Of a stretch of DNA of 64,000 bases, positions 1 to 11,179 are shown in pieces. The stretch spans positions 851,417 to 915,416 of the forward strand of contig CBDAOI010000002.1 of assembly GCA_965198005.1 (NCBI GenBank). Reading direction: 5' to 3'. The translations under genes were made by a program, and so were the position numbers. The notes below the pieces were generated by a model. The model saw nothing but the letters and a program-made list of their open reading frames with translations, ran no database searches and had not been told where the DNA came from. This DNA is from Spirochaetia bacterium. GTDB lineage: Bacteria > Spirochaetota > Spirochaetia > SZUA-6 > Bin103. Position 1 is the first letter of the stretch. Each line of letters starts with the position of its first letter.

Positions 1-1007
1 GTGTTGATCACCACCTCGAAGTCCGCGTCCCGCATCAGCGTTTCGTTCTCGCGTACGCGGTCGAAGATCACGATGGTGTCGTTGAGCGAGTAGCCGACGA
101 TGGTCAGGACCGCGGCGATGGTGGCGGTGCTGATCTCGAACTGCAGCGTGCCGAGCACCCCCAGCATAATCGCGATGTCGTGCACCAGCGCCAGGATCGC
201 GCCTACCGCGAACGCGATCCGGAACCGGAACAGGATATAGATGAAGATCAGGGTGAACGCGACCACGACCAGCCACACCGCCTGCTCTCCCAGCACCCGG
301 GACAGACTGGGCCCGACGAAATCGGTCTGCTGCACGGTAATCCGTTCCGCGCCGAACGCGTCCGCCAGCAGGGAGAAGACGCGGCCGGTGGTCGCCGCTT
401 CGGACGGCGCCTCGCCCGCCGCCGCGGGCAGCAGCTCGGCGCGCACGATGTAACGCTGCTCACCCGGGTTGCCGATCGCCTGCAGCGCGAAGGTCTCCAG
501 CGGCGCCAGCGCCGTGCGCACCGCCTCGATCGGGGCGTCGGGTGGCGCCGACACGTCCCGGAAGCCGAGCACCAAGCGCCGCCCCGCCTCGCGGAATCCC
601 GGCGGCTGGAGCTGGGTGGCCGGGATGTCCGCCGGCGCCGCCAACTCCACCTCCACGCCGGGTATGGTGGCCAGCTCGCCGGCAATCGCGCCGATGGTCG
701 GGAACGCCGCGAAGTCGAGCACGCGCCGCCGCACGGTGCCCTCCTGCAGCCACTCGACGGTCAGGAACCCGGGGCGCCCGAGCAGCGGGTCGGGCGGCGT
801 AAGCTCCGGCTCGAGGGCGACGCCGGCGTCAGCGATCGCCAGCGCCACCGGTGCGATCTGAATCTGCTGCGCCACGCCGCCGCTCAGATCGACGCTCAGG
901 TTCACGCCGCCGCGCGCCACCGTACCCAGCACCCCGGCGGCGATCAGCACCAGGGACAGCGCCGCCATCGGGTAGCGGATGCGGGTGAAGGGTATCACCT
1001 GTCTCAT
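1..1007 (-). CDS. secF: Protein translocase subunit SecF (3' end runs off the window)
   Basis: Manual translation from ATG at 1007, overlapping the secD stop: MRQVIPFTRIRYPMAALS...GVNLSVDLSGG; later AAVLTIVGYSLNDTIVIFDRVREN, the SecF signature. Not in the ORF track because it is truncated. Confidence 0.93.
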   Translation of the reverse strand, partial: MRQVIPFTRIRYPMAALSLVLIAAGVLGTVARGGVNLSVDLSGGVAQQIQIAPVALAIADAGVALEPELTPPDPLLGRPGFLTVEWLQEGTVRRRVLDFAAFPTIGAIAGELATIPGVEVELAAPADIPATQLQPPGFREAGRRLVLGFRDVSAPPDAPIEAVRTALAPLETFALQAIGNPGEQRYIVRAELLPAAAGEAPSEAATTGRVFSLLADAFGAERITVQQTDFVGPSLSRVLGEQAVWLVVVAFTLIFIYILFRFRIAFAVGAILALVHDIAIMLGVLGTLQFEISTATIAAVLTIVGYSLNDTIVIFDRVRENETLMRDADFEVVIN

Positions 1008-2767
1008 CGCGTGGTAACCGCCTCGCCGGCTGCGAACCCCGGCCGGCCGCGCCAGCTTATGCTGAGCCGCTGCACCCGCAGGGTCTCGGTCAGGAAGTCG
1101 AAGATGAGCCGCGACACCACCAGCGCGCTGAACATCGACGAGACGATGCCCACCGACAGGGTCACGGCGAATCCCTGGATCGGGCCACTGCCGAGCTGCG
1201 ACAGCGCGATGGCGGCGATGAAGGTGGTGATGTTGGCGTCCATCACGGTCCAGAACGCCTTGCCGAAGCCCGCCTTGACCGCCGCGCCGGCGGACTTGCC
1301 GAGCCGGTACTCCTCCTTGATCCGCTCGAAGATGATGACGTTGGCGTCTACCGCCATGCCCACCGTGAGGATCACGCCGGCGATGCTCGGCAGGGTCAGC
1401 GTGAAGTTGAACACCGACAACACCGACACCAGGAAGAACAGGTTGAGCAACAGCACGAAGTTGGCGATCAGCCCCGCGAGCTGATAGTAGGCGACCATGA
1501 ACACCAGCACGGCCAGCATGCCGAGCGCGATCGCGTTGAGGCCGGTACGGATGGCGTCTTCGCCCAGGGAGGCGCCCACCGCCTGCTGACTGAGGATCTC
1601 CAGCGGCACCGGCAGCGCCCCGGTCTCCAGCACCAGGGCCAAGTCGCGCGCCTCGCTCTCGGTGAAGCCGGTCACCACCACCGCGTTGCGAATCGCCTCC
1701 GAGATGGTCGCCGCCGCCTTGACCTTGTCGTCCAGCACCACCGCCAGCACGTTGCCCACGTTCTCGCTGGTCAGCTTGAAGAAGATCTCGCCGCCCTCGC
1801 CGGTGAGGTTGAACACCACCGTGGGTTGTTGGGTGATCGGATGGCGGCTGACCTGCGCCTGCTGGATGTAGGTGCCCTCGAGGCCCATCTGTTCGAAGAT
1901 CACGGTGTAGCCGCGGAGCTGGTCCACGCCGTAGGCGTCCTTCTCGTAGCGCCCGCGCAGCACGGTCCCGGCCGCGAGCAACTCGGGATCACGCGGCTGG
2001 CCGTCCGCCCCCAGAAAGGTGCCCGGATTGGCCGCCTGGTACTCCCGGAACCGCGCCAGGCCGTCGGTGTCCACGATGTGAAAGTTGAGCCGGCCCTTGC
2101 CGAGAATGAAGCTGCGCATGCGCTCGGGGTCCGGCGCGCCGGGCATCTCCACCACAATCTGGTCGTTGCCGCGGCGCCGGATCTGCGGCTCGGTCACGCC
2201 GAACTGATCGATCCGGTTGTTCAACACTTCGAGTGCGCGGCGAATCGCCAGTTCCTCCTCCTGCGCGTTGAGCGGTATCCCGCTCTGTTCCTGCAAGGTC
2301 TCCAGGTCCGGCTCGATCACCACGTACATGCCACCGCGCAGATCGAGCCCGAGCTGGATGCTGCGCGACCGCAGATCCTTGAGCTCCAGCAACTCGGCGC
2401 GGTGGTGGTCCTCCATCGCCACGAACGTGTCGCCCTCGGTGGGAAACACCTTGGCAACCTGTTCCACGCTCCAGGCGCCCGGCACCGTGCGCCGCTCCAC
2501 CCGCAGCCGCTCGCGCGCCCGGACGTTCAGGTAGGCCAGCCGCTCCGGCACCGGGGCGGCGGCGGCGGTCCGCACCTGCCGCACCAGATACTCCAGGTCG
2601 ACGGCGGCGCGCTGCCGGGCCAACACCCGAATCTGGTCGCGCGACGCGTTCGCCTCATGCCGCTGATCCTCCGACAGGACGAAGTACCAGCGCACCGTGG
2701 GGTAGAGGAACCACACGGACACGCCGACGAAGGCGAGAATGATCAACAGGCGTAAGCGTTTGGTCAT
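1004..2767 (-). CDS. secD: Protein translocase subunit SecD
   Basis: LGLDLRGG, RIDQFGVTEP and GMAVDANVIIFERIKEE motifs; lies between yajC and secF. Confidence 0.97.
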   Translation of the reverse strand: MTKRLRLLIILAFVGVSVWFLYPTVRWYFVLSEDQRHEANASRDQIRVLARQRAAVDLEYLVRQVRTAAAAPVPERLAYLNVRARERLRVERRTVPGAWSVEQVAKVFPTEGDTFVAMEDHHRAELLELKDLRSRSIQLGLDLRGGMYVVIEPDLETLQEQSGIPLNAQEEELAIRRALEVLNNRIDQFGVTEPQIRRRGNDQIVVEMPGAPDPERMRSFILGKGRLNFHIVDTDGLARFREYQAANPGTFLGADGQPRDPELLAAGTVLRGRYEKDAYGVDQLRGYTVIFEQMGLEGTYIQQAQVSRHPITQQPTVVFNLTGEGGEIFFKLTSENVGNVLAVVLDDKVKAAATISEAIRNAVVVTGFTESEARDLALVLETGALPVPLEILSQQAVGASLGEDAIRTGLNAIALGMLAVLVFMVAYYQLAGLIANFVLLLNLFFLVSVLSVFNFTLTLPSIAGVILTVGMAVDANVIIFERIKEEYRLGKSAGAAVKAGFGKAFWTVMDANITTFIAAIALSQLGSGPIQGFAVTLSVGIVSSMFSALVVSRLIFDFLTETLRVQRLSISWRGRPGFAAGEAVTTR

Positions 2768-3120
2768 GAGTGTGGCGCGGGCTTGGACTCGCCCGGACGC
2801 GGCCCCAGCATGCCGGTGATCGAAGCCTTGGCGAATTCGATCTTGGTGGTATCGTCCACCTTGACCGTGATCGCGTCCTCCTTGACCGCCGTCACCACCC
2901 CCCGGATGCCGCCCGAGGTCTGCACCTTGTCTCCCTTCTTGAGACGGGAGAGCATCTCGCGCGTGTCCTTCTGGCGGCGGTTCTGGGGCCGGATCACCAG
3001 GAAGTAGAAGATCAGGATGATCAGGCCGAAGGTGACCATCATGGTCACGAGTTGGCCACCGCCATTCGCGCCGCCGCCGAGACCTCCGAAAGCGCCCTGC
3101 AGAAGAGAGAACGTATCCAT
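2764..3120 (-). CDS. yajC: Preprotein translocase subunit YajC
   Basis: FYFLVIRPQ...LKKGDKVQTSGGIRG motif; ATG at 3120 preferred as start. Confidence 0.95.
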   Translation of the reverse strand: MDTFSLLQGAFGGLGGGANGGGQLVTMMVTFGLIILIFYFLVIRPQNRRQKDTREMLSRLKKGDKVQTSGGIRGVVTAVKEDAITVKVDDTTKIEFAKASITGMLGPRPGESKPAPHS

Positions 3121-3189
3121 CAGCGTGTGTCTACCACGGAGCGGCGGCACGGTCAAACGGATTGCTCACGGTTTTCGCACCTCCGCTCC

Positions 3190-3489
3190 CTAGGTCGCGA
3201 TTACGCGCTTGATTTCGGCCGGCACCCCGAACACCCCAAACAGCTTGCTGACGTCGTTCAGCGAACAGGGGCGCCGGGTGACGCGTTCGATCTCAGCACG
3301 TACCAACTCCATCTCGGTGGCCGATTCGGCATGCGCGGCGGAGCAGAACGCGGCCTTGTACAGCCCCCGGTCGAGGAGCTGCTGCGTGGTCAGCTTGCCG
3401 TAGCGCCGGCGCTGCTGACCGTGTACCAGTGCCGTGTCGCCATCGTAGCCGATTACGAACAGAAAGTCCGCGCGCCTCATCGCCGCCAA
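3190..3489 (-). CDS. Small conserved-looking hypothetical protein
   Basis: 99-aa ORF with normal composition (FLFVIGYDG...) filling the gap between groEL and yajC on the same strand. Confidence 0.65.
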   Translation of the reverse strand: MAAMRRADFLFVIGYDGDTALVHGQQRRRYGKLTTQQLLDRGLYKAAFCSAAHAESATEMELVRAEIERVTRRPCSLNDVSKLFGVFGVPAEIKRVIAT

Positions 3490-3536
3490 AAAAGAGGGCG
3501 CGCCCGCGCGCGCCCCGCAAGGTTACGCCATTCCCT

Positions 3537-5201
<1,665 letters not shown>

Positions 5202-5220
5202 TTATGTAAAGATCGCCGGT

Positions 5221-5249
5221 AACATACCGCCGAGCGCGCCGCGAATCAA
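5221..5249 (-). promoter_or_regulatory. Putative sigma70 promoter of groEL
   Basis: Minus strand reads TTGATT-N17-TATGTT. Confidence 0.55.
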
Positions 5250-6037
5250 ATATTTTCGCTCTCGATCCGCCCCGATACGCAGGTGTGGAGCGCGCCGGCG
5301 GCGTCGCGCACCAGCAGGCCTCCATCGGCCGCGACGCGTTCGATCCGCACCGGCGCGGGCAGGCCGCGGCCGGCATCGATGATCCGCACCCAGCAGCCGC
5401 GCGCGTACAGACGCCGGTCCACCGCGGCCGCCCAGTGCGGGTCGCGCAGCAACCGGTCCAGCTCGGCCAGAATCCGCTCCAGCACCTGCACGCGCGGCAC
5501 CCGGCGGCCGCACTGCAGCCGCACCGACGACGCCGGCAGCGCGCCGCCGGGCAGTCCCCGCAGCTGATTGCAGGTCACGCCCACCCCGACGCTGCACCAG
5601 CCGGCCAGCGCCTCGCACAGGCAGCCGGCCACCTTGCTGCCGCGCACGATCACGTCGTTGGGCCACTTCACCCGGCACGCCACGCCGCTCACCGCCTCCA
5701 CGGCACGCGCCACCGCCAGCCCGCACAGCAGCGGCAGCCGGGCCGGCGTGCCCGCGCCGCCGCCGGCGTCCGGACCGCTCACCGGCGCGCTCACCGCCGA
5801 CCGTGCGAGCAGCAGATTGAACAGCAGGTTGCGGCCCGGCGCGCTCACCCAGTGCCGGCGCGGGGTGCGGCCGCGGCCGCGGGTCTGGTAGTTGGTCACG
5901 ATCAAGGCGCCGTGCACCGGGGCCTGACGGATCAGCGCGCGCGCATCCTCCATGGTCGACCCGGTGCGCGGCAGGTAGTACTGCGGCGCCGCCGGCCAGG
6001 GCGAAGCCACCGCCGGCTGCAACCGCCGCCACCGCAT
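5246..6037 (-). CDS. birA: Biotin-protein ligase (BPL/LplA superfamily)
   Basis: STM, QTRGRGR, VKWPND and KVAGCL motifs; no N-terminal HTH. Confidence 0.88.
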   Translation of the reverse strand: MRWRRLQPAVASPWPAAPQYYLPRTGSTMEDARALIRQAPVHGALIVTNYQTRGRGRTPRRHWVSAPGRNLLFNLLLARSAVSAPVSGPDAGGGAGTPARLPLLCGLAVARAVEAVSGVACRVKWPNDVIVRGSKVAGCLCEALAGWCSVGVGVTCNQLRGLPGGALPASSVRLQCGRRVPRVQVLERILAELDRLLRDPHWAAAVDRRLYARGCWVRIIDAGRGLPAPVRIERVAADGGLLVRDAAGALHTCVSGRIESENI

Positions 6038-6049
6038 GGCCGGCGCCCG

Positions 6050-7423
6050 CTACATCGAGACGAACAGCTCCTGCGGCATGCGCAGCAGCTCCAGGAAGTA
6101 GGACGCGAACTCCGCCGCCGGCACCCCGTCCACCACCCGGTGATCGAACGCGAGCGACACCGGCAGCACCCAGGCCGGCCGCACCGAGCCGTTCACCACC
6201 ATCGGCGCCTGATGAATCCGGCCCGCGCCGATGATCGCCACCTGCGGCGGCTGGATCATCGGCGACGCGTACAGGCCGCCGAACGGCCCGAAGTTGGTCA
6301 GGCTGAAGGTGCCGCCGCGCAGGTCCTCGATCCGGATCGCACGGCTCTTGGCGCGGTCCACCATCGTCTTCATCGCCTGGTCGATCTGGCGGATGGTCTG
6401 GTTCTCGACGTTGTGGATGACCGGGACCATCAACCCCGCCTCGGTGTTCACCGCGACGCCGATGTTGATGTCCTTGAACACGGTCAGCTCCTCCGAGACC
6501 GGGTTGAAGTGGGCATTGAGCACCGGATACCCGCGCAGCGCGGTCGCCAGCGCCTTCATGAAGAACGGCTGAAAGCTCACGCGCACCTCCCGCCGGGCGT
6601 TCACCTTGTTCCGCACCTCGACCAGATCGTCGACGATGCCGAGGTCGAAGATGGTGGCGGTCGGGATCTTGTGGCTGGTCTCCATCGTGTGGGCGATGGT
6701 CTTGCGCAGGATGGTCAGCTCGACCGTCTGCCCGAGCGGCAGATGGGCGGGGGTGACCAGCGGATCGTCGATCAGCGGAAAGGCGAAGTCGGAGCCGCCG
6801 ACGACCGGGACCAGCGGCGCCGCGGCGGGCCGCGGTCCGGCGGGGGCGGCGTCCGTCTCGGGGAGGCCGGCCGCCGCCTGCTCGATGTCCTTGCGCACGA
6901 TGCGGCCGCCGGCGCCGCTGGGGCGCACGCGCGCGAGATCCACGTTCAGCTCGCGCGCCAGACGACGGGCGGCGGGCGTGACCAGCGGCGCGGCGGCCTG
7001 CCCGGTGCCGGCCGCGGCGCTCTCCTCGCCCGCGCCGGCGGCGCCGGTCTCGGCGCTCGGCGGCAGCGTGCTCGCGGCGGCGTCCAGCGTGCCCACCAGC
7101 GCCTGGTGCTGCCGCTTGCCGTTCGGAGGCGCACCGTCACCGCCGGCCAGACTGGCGCCGCCGGCGGCGCCAGTGCCGTCACCGTCGCCCAGGTCGATGT
7201 AGGCCAGGGTCTCACCGACGCGGATGCGGGTGCCGGCGGCGGCGCCGAACCTCAACAGCACGCCGCTCTTGGGCGATTGGATCTCGGCCACCACCTTGTC
7301 GGTCTCCACGATGGCGAGGATGTCTCCGGCCACCACCGGATCGCCGGGATCGACCCTGAACTCCAGGATCTTGCCTTCGGTCAGCCCCTCGCCGATGTCC
7401 GGGAACTTGAACTCGTAACTCAT
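6050..7423 (-). CDS. pdhC: 2-oxoacid dehydrogenase E2 dihydrolipoamide acyltransferase
   Basis: Lipoyl domain VETDKV, E3-binding TPAARRLARE, catalytic DHRVVDG. Confidence 0.93.
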   Translation of the reverse strand: MSYEFKFPDIGEGLTEGKILEFRVDPGDPVVAGDILAIVETDKVVAEIQSPKSGVLLRFGAAAGTRIRVGETLAYIDLGDGDGTGAAGGASLAGGDGAPPNGKRQHQALVGTLDAAASTLPPSAETGAAGAGEESAAAGTGQAAAPLVTPAARRLARELNVDLARVRPSGAGGRIVRKDIEQAAAGLPETDAAPAGPRPAAAPLVPVVGGSDFAFPLIDDPLVTPAHLPLGQTVELTILRKTIAHTMETSHKIPTATIFDLGIVDDLVEVRNKVNARREVRVSFQPFFMKALATALRGYPVLNAHFNPVSEELTVFKDINIGVAVNTEAGLMVPVIHNVENQTIRQIDQAMKTMVDRAKSRAIRIEDLRGGTFSLTNFGPFGGLYASPMIQPPQVAIIGAGRIHQAPMVVNGSVRPAWVLPVSLAFDHRVVDGVPAAEFASYFLELLRMPQELFVSM

Positions 7424-7451
7424 GATCTCTCGGCTCGCTTAACGGCCCTCG

Positions 7452-8447
7452 CTAAAAGGACACAGTCTCCAGCACCGCGTCCACGATGTGCTCGGCCGGA
7501 ATGAAATAGTAGTGTTCCGCGGCCGGCATCGGAATCACCGCGTCGGTCCCGGTGACGCGGCGCGGCGGGGCGTCCAGGTGCATGAACAGCTCCTCGGTGA
7601 CCAGCGCGATCAGCTCGGCGGCCACCCCGAACGACCGCGGCCCCTCGTGCACCACCACCAGCCGCCCGGTCTTGCGCACCGAGTCCAGTACCGCGGTGGC
7701 GTCGTACGGGTAGATGGTGCGCAGGTCGAGCAGCTCCGCCGCGATTCCCTCGGCGCGCAGGTGGGCGGTGGCGGCGCGCGCCTCGCGCATCATCGCGCCG
7801 TAGGCTACCAGGGTAACCGCGTCGCCGGTCTGTTCCACGCGCGCCTTGCCCAGCGGCAGCTCGTAGGGTTCGGCCGGCACCTCCTGCTGCGGCGAGTGGT
7901 AGGAGCGCTTGGGCTCCATGAAGATGACCGGATCGGGGTCCCGGATGGCGGCCAGCAGCAGCCCCTTGGCGTCGTGCGGAGTGGACGGAATCACCACCTT
8001 GAGGCCGGGTACGTGGCCGAAGGTCGCCTCCATGCTCTCCACGTGATGCTCGAGCGCCTTGAGCACGCCGCCGTACGGCATCCGGATCACCAGCGGCAGG
8101 GTCAGCATGCCGCGGGTGCGGTTGCGCATGCGCGCGACGTGGCACACGATCTGGTTGAACGCCGGCCAGACGAAGCCGCTGAACTGGATCTCGACCACGG
8201 GCCGCAACCCGGCCATCGCCATCCCGATCGCGGCGCCGACGATGCCGCTCTCCGCCAGCGGCGTATCGAAGCAGCGCCGCTGGCCGAACCGTTGCTGCAG
8301 CCCCGCGGTGACCTGGAACACGCCGCCGTTCACCCCCACGTCCTCGCCGTAGACGAGCACGCGGTCGTCCTCCTCGAGCGCTTGCGCGAGCGCGGCATTG
8401 ATGGCACTGATGGAATTGATGGAAGAAAGCAGCGATACCGCGCTCAT
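7452..8447 (-). CDS. pdhB: 2-oxoacid dehydrogenase E1 beta subunit
   Basis: GEDVGVNGGVF, DTPLAE and DPDPVIFMEPK motifs. Confidence 0.93.
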   Translation of the reverse strand: MSAVSLLSSINSISAINAALAQALEEDDRVLVYGEDVGVNGGVFQVTAGLQQRFGQRRCFDTPLAESGIVGAAIGMAMAGLRPVVEIQFSGFVWPAFNQIVCHVARMRNRTRGMLTLPLVIRMPYGGVLKALEHHVESMEATFGHVPGLKVVIPSTPHDAKGLLLAAIRDPDPVIFMEPKRSYHSPQQEVPAEPYELPLGKARVEQTGDAVTLVAYGAMMREARAATAHLRAEGIAAELLDLRTIYPYDATAVLDSVRKTGRLVVVHEGPRSFGVAAELIALVTEELFMHLDAPPRRVTGTDAVIPMPAAEHYYFIPAEHIVDAVLETVSF

Positions 8448-9517
8448 TTTCCGGTCCGCTCCAGCACCCGGCGGCGCGCGGCGAGCTGCCGCTGAAACGG
8501 CTCCGGCAGGTGTGCGTAGACGTGGCGGAAGGTGTCTTCGAGGGTCGGCCGGGCGAGCCGTTCCACCGCGTCGAATTCGCTACGGGCCGCGCTGCGCGCG
8601 GCGGCGATGATCTCGGCGAAGGCGGCCTCGTCCATCAGCCCCCGCTCGAGCAGCAGCTTCTGCAGGCGGATGATCGGGTCCCGGCGCTGCCACTCCTCCA
8701 CCTCGCCCGGCGGGCGGTAGCGCTTCGGATCGTCGGAGGTGGTGTGCGGACCGATGCGGTAGGTGACCCCCTCGATCAGGGTGGGGCCGCCGCCGGCGCG
8801 CGCGCGGGCGGCGGCGGCGGCGGTGGCGGCGAACACCGCGGTCACGTCGTTGCCGTCCACCCGGACCCCCTCGAAGCCGTAGGCGGCCGCCTTCTCCGCG
8901 AACGTGGGCGTGGCGGTCTGGTCGTTGCTGGGGACGGACAACGCGTACTGGTTGTTCTGCACGAAGAAGATGGTGCCGGTGTTCCACACCGCGGCCAGGT
9001 TCAACGACTCGTGGAAGTCTCCCTCGGAGGTGCCGCCGTCGCCGACGAACACGATGGCGATCCGGTCGCGGCCCTGGTAGCGCTCGGCGAACGCCAGCCC
9101 GACCGCGTGCGGCAGGTGCGAGCCGATGGGGAGGGAAATCGGCGTCACGTGATACTGCTCCGGGTCGAGCGCGCACCCCTGCTCGTTGCCCAGCCAGTAG
9201 AGGTAGAACTGCTGCAGCGGCACGCCGCGCACCAGCAGCCCGCCCAGCTCGCGGTAGGTCTGCAGCATCCAGTCGTCGGCACGCAACGCCATCATCGCGC
9301 CCACGCTGTTCGCCTCCTGGCCGGTGGCGGGCGGGTAGGTTCCCAGCCGTCCCTGGCGGTTGAGGCTGAACGCCCACTCGTCGGCGGCGCGCGCCTGCAC
9401 CATGTAGCGGTACGCGGCGGTAAGCTGCTGGTCACTCATCGGGAATGCCGCCGCGGCCGCCGGTCCCCGGTGGGCGGCTGCCGGTCCCGGCGCCGCGGAC
9501 GTGGTCGGCCCGCTCAC
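8444..9517 (-). CDS. pdhA: 2-oxoacid dehydrogenase E1 alpha subunit
   Basis: TPP motif GDGGTSEG...NN and HTTSDDP; substrate (pyruvate or branched-chain) not resolved. Confidence 0.9.
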   Translation of the reverse strand: MSGPTTSAAPGPAAAHRGPAAAAAFPMSDQQLTAAYRYMVQARAADEWAFSLNRQGRLGTYPPATGQEANSVGAMMALRADDWMLQTYRELGGLLVRGVPLQQFYLYWLGNEQGCALDPEQYHVTPISLPIGSHLPHAVGLAFAERYQGRDRIAIVFVGDGGTSEGDFHESLNLAAVWNTGTIFFVQNNQYALSVPSNDQTATPTFAEKAAAYGFEGVRVDGNDVTAVFAATAAAAARARAGGGPTLIEGVTYRIGPHTTSDDPKRYRPPGEVEEWQRRDPIIRLQKLLLERGLMDEAAFAEIIAAARSAARSEFDAVERLARPTLEDTFRHVYAHLPEPFQRQLAARRRVLERTGK

Positions 9518-10101
9518 CGGCGCTCCTTCCGGAGCTGCGGCCCGTGCTCCTCCGGAGCGGAAGCCGCGGCCGGTGCGACCGCCGCTGCGGGAGAGGGCGC
9601 CACGCGCGAGCCGACCAGACGCCGGCTGAGCACGAATCCGTTCTGCACGATGCGGATCAACTCCACCGCCGCCTCCACCACGCGCTTGAGACTGGCGTTG
9701 ATCCGCTGCTCTTCGCGCGCGTCGATGGTGTCGTTGTCATCCAGCGCCTCGGTGATGGCCAGGTTGAGATGCGCCACCGCCCCGATCAGCAGCGACATCT
9801 GGCGTGACAGGTGCTTGTAGGAGAACACCGCCTTGGTCTCCGCCACGCGCGCGATCGATTCCATGTGACCGAGAATGTTGCGCAGCACGTGCACCTGGCG
9901 CGGGTTCGGATTCATCTCCAGTTCCAGCCGCCAGTTCTCGAGGCGGATCATCGCTTTCTCCAGCAGCTCCTGCAGATCGGCGTTGGAGGGAAGCCGCGCC
10001 TCCTGCGGATACGGGCGGGCCGCGACAGTGCCGGTGTCGGACACGGGCACGGCGGCTGAGGCGGCTGGTTTCGGGCCGGCAGTGTGGCGGCGGGTGGACA
10101 T
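9514..10101 (-). CDS. Hypothetical helical protein, weak resemblance to phage regulatory CII/YmfL-like proteins
   Basis: Stop overlaps the pdhA start; contains AITEALDDNDTIDAREEQRI. Confidence 0.6.
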   Translation of the reverse strand: MSTRRHTAGPKPAASAAVPVSDTGTVAARPYPQEARLPSNADLQELLEKAMIRLENWRLELEMNPNPRQVHVLRNILGHMESIARVAETKAVFSYKHLSRQMSLLIGAVAHLNLAITEALDDNDTIDAREEQRINASLKRVVEAAVELIRIVQNGFVLSRRLVGSRVAPSPAAAVAPAAASAPEEHGPQLRKERR

Positions 10102-10139
10102 GCTGATTCGGCGGCGTCCGCTAACGGTTGGGCGGACGC

Positions 10140-10168
10140 TTTACAAAGCCTATGTGATTTGCTAGCGT
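10140..10168 (+). promoter_or_regulatory. Putative sigma70 promoter of tRNA-Cys
   Basis: TTTACA-N17-TAGCGT, 12 nt upstream of the tRNA. Confidence 0.5.
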
Positions 10169-10180
10169 CGCTGCAACCGT

Positions 10181-10252
10181 GGCGCCGTACCCAAGTGGTA
10201 AGGGAGAGGTCTGCAAAACCTTTATACACCGGTTCGATTCCGGTCGGCGCCT
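10181..10252 (+). tRNA. tRNA-Cys (GCA), CCA not encoded
   Basis: Acceptor stem GGCGCCG/CGGCGCC plus U discriminator, D-loop AAGTGGTAA, anticodon loop CTGCAAA, T-loop GGTTCGATTCC. Confidence 0.97.
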
Positions 10253-10279
10253 GACCGCCGGCGGCGGAGCCCTTCGCGG

Positions 10280-11113
10280 TCACGCGCCGAGCGCAAAGTA
10301 GGCACCGAGGAAGCGGCTCACCCCCTCCTCGTCGTTGCTGAACAGGGTCACCGCCCGCGCGCAGGCGCTTACTGCCGGCGGGGCGTGGCGCATCGCCACC
10401 GGGAAGCCCACCGCCCGCAGCAGCGGGATGTCGTTCATCCAGTCGCCGATGAACATCGTCTCGCTGAGCGACGACCGCAGCCCTGCCAGCAACACCCGCA
10501 TGCCGCTGAGCTTGGTGCAGGCGGCACTGCGCACGAACAGGCTGTAGCTGCCGTGGAACAGCTCGTCGGTAACGTAGAGGCTGAGCGTGCGGTCGCCAAT
10601 GCGCGCGGCCAGCCGTTTGAGCGCACCGCGGTCGCGGCAGGGGAACACCACGTGTGTCACCCGGGTCAGCCGCGTCTGCGCGGCGAGGGGCAACACCCGG
10701 TCCGACCAGTCCCGGAACTGCGGCTCGCCCATGGCGCCGCGCCGGAAGATGACGCCGCCGGCGATCACGTAGCAGGGCAGGCTGCTGGCGGCGATGATCG
10801 CCGACGCCAGCCGGTCGTCGATCACCCCGCCGGGCACCCACTGTTCGGCCCCACGCGTCTGCGTCAGCACGGCGCCGTCGAGGCAGACCATCGGCAGCTC
10901 GAGCGGCTCCAGGCAACGCGTGGTGAGGCCGGGTGCCTTGCCGGTCACGGCAACGACGTGCAGGTCCAGCGCCAGCAAGGCGCGCAGCGCGGCCAGCGTC
11001 GGTGCGCTCACCCGCTTGGCGCTGGTCAACAGGGTGCCGTCCATATCCAGCGCCACCGTGGAGATTCCGCGCCGTGCCATAGGCGCCGGATCGTGCCACG
11101 GCGGCGCCGCCAC
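10280..11113 (-). CDS. Cof-type HAD hydrolase
   Basis: DMDGTLL motif I, TK motif III and GDWMND motif IV. Confidence 0.9.
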   Translation of the reverse strand: MAAPPWHDPAPMARRGISTVALDMDGTLLTSAKRVSAPTLAALRALLALDLHVVAVTGKAPGLTTRCLEPLELPMVCLDGAVLTQTRGAEQWVPGGVIDDRLASAIIAASSLPCYVIAGGVIFRRGAMGEPQFRDWSDRVLPLAAQTRLTRVTHVVFPCRDRGALKRLAARIGDRTLSLYVTDELFHGSYSLFVRSAACTKLSGMRVLLAGLRSSLSETMFIGDWMNDIPLLRAVGFPVAMRHAPPAVSACARAVTLFSNDEEGVSRFLGAYFALGA

Positions 11114-11179
11114 TGTCGAGCGCGCCGCGGCAGCCGCCGCCGCCGGCGCGCGTCAGACGTTGCAGACGCCTCGGACGCC

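Noticed and set aside
10181-10260. tRNA-Cys as an island integration site
   Set aside because: No adjacent integrase and no duplicated tRNA 3' end seen in the window.
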